NCBI RefSeq assembly: GCF_000025665.1
Contig: NC_013926.1
Location: forward strand, 900,001-932,000
Reading direction: 5' to 3'
Source: Aciduliprofundum boonei T469
GTDB lineage: Archaea; Thermoplasmatota; Thermoplasmata; Thermoplasmatales; Aciduliprofundaceae
Length of the DNA stretch: 32,000 nucleotides
Translations under genes and position numbers: made by a program
Shown: one piece after another, positions 31,803 through 32,000 of the stretch
Layout of the letters: the number at the start of each line of letters is the position of its first letter
How positions within the stretch are numbered: the first letter of the stretch is position 1
The notes under the pieces: model-generated
What the model was told of the DNA's origin: nothing
The model's input: only the letters and a program-made list of their open reading frames with translations
The model's database searches: none

Positions 31803-32000
31803 ATGCCAATAAATGCGGTAGGTCGTGAGGTACCAAGTGAGATAAACGGGCAAAGGTTCAAGCCATTTGCAGGAGATTTGAAAACTCCTCCAGAAGGAAG
31901 GCGTGCAGGTTCTCTTATAAGAATGGCTCCAAGAAGCAGAAGTAAGGTTGTAAATTCATTGGAGGAAGTAATCAAAAAGGTTGGGTTGGAGGATGGAATG
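31803..32000 (+). CDS. citF: citrate lyase alpha subunit (citrate CoA-transferase), N-terminal part; continues beyond the right edge
   Basis: Not in the ORF track because it is open at the edge. The ATG follows the citE TAA directly. The translation ...NSLEEVIKKVGLEDGM parallels E. coli CitF ..NLEEAIRRSGLQDGM. Confidence 0.75.
   Translation, partial: MPINAVGREVPSEINGQRFKPFAGDLKTPPEGRRAGSLIRMAPRSRSKVVNSLEEVIKKVGLEDGM

Overview
Compact, AT-rich archaeal chromosome segment, probably from a thermophilic euryarchaeon. This is an inference from gene content: reverse gyrase, TFS, aIF5B, DRG GTPase, RtcB, Thi4 and FtsZ-based division. I call about 31 protein genes with very short spacers. Two of them run off the window edges and are absent from the ORF track: aIF5B on the left and citF on the right. 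Other features are one tRNA-Val(GAC), one intact IS element with a 10-bp target-site duplication, and a ~320-nt helix-rich non-coding gap that looks like unidentified structural RNA. I saw no rRNA, CRISPR array or recognisable defence island.

Many genes have a TATA-like box centred about 24-29 nt upstream of the start codon, suggesting leaderless transcripts. ftsZ, rtcB and one operon-internal gene instead have GGTGAT Shine-Dalgarno-like sites.

The most unusual items are:
- a 2,166-aa surface protein whose N-terminus looks like an archaeal type IV pilin signal, fused to CARDB, vWA and beta-sandwich adhesion modules;
- a KaiC/RadA-like ATPase plus an HTH/DUF2795-like protein packed directly upstream of reverse gyrase, with a SecB-like small protein directly downstream;
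- the unidentified structured RNA region next to tRNA-Val;
- a citDEF citrate-lyase cluster whose acyl-carrier subunit lacks the canonical prosthetic-group serine;
- a tightly coupled RNase HII / Upf1-like helicase / methyltransferase array.

None of these is proven novel. All family assignments come from reading motifs by eye, without database searches.
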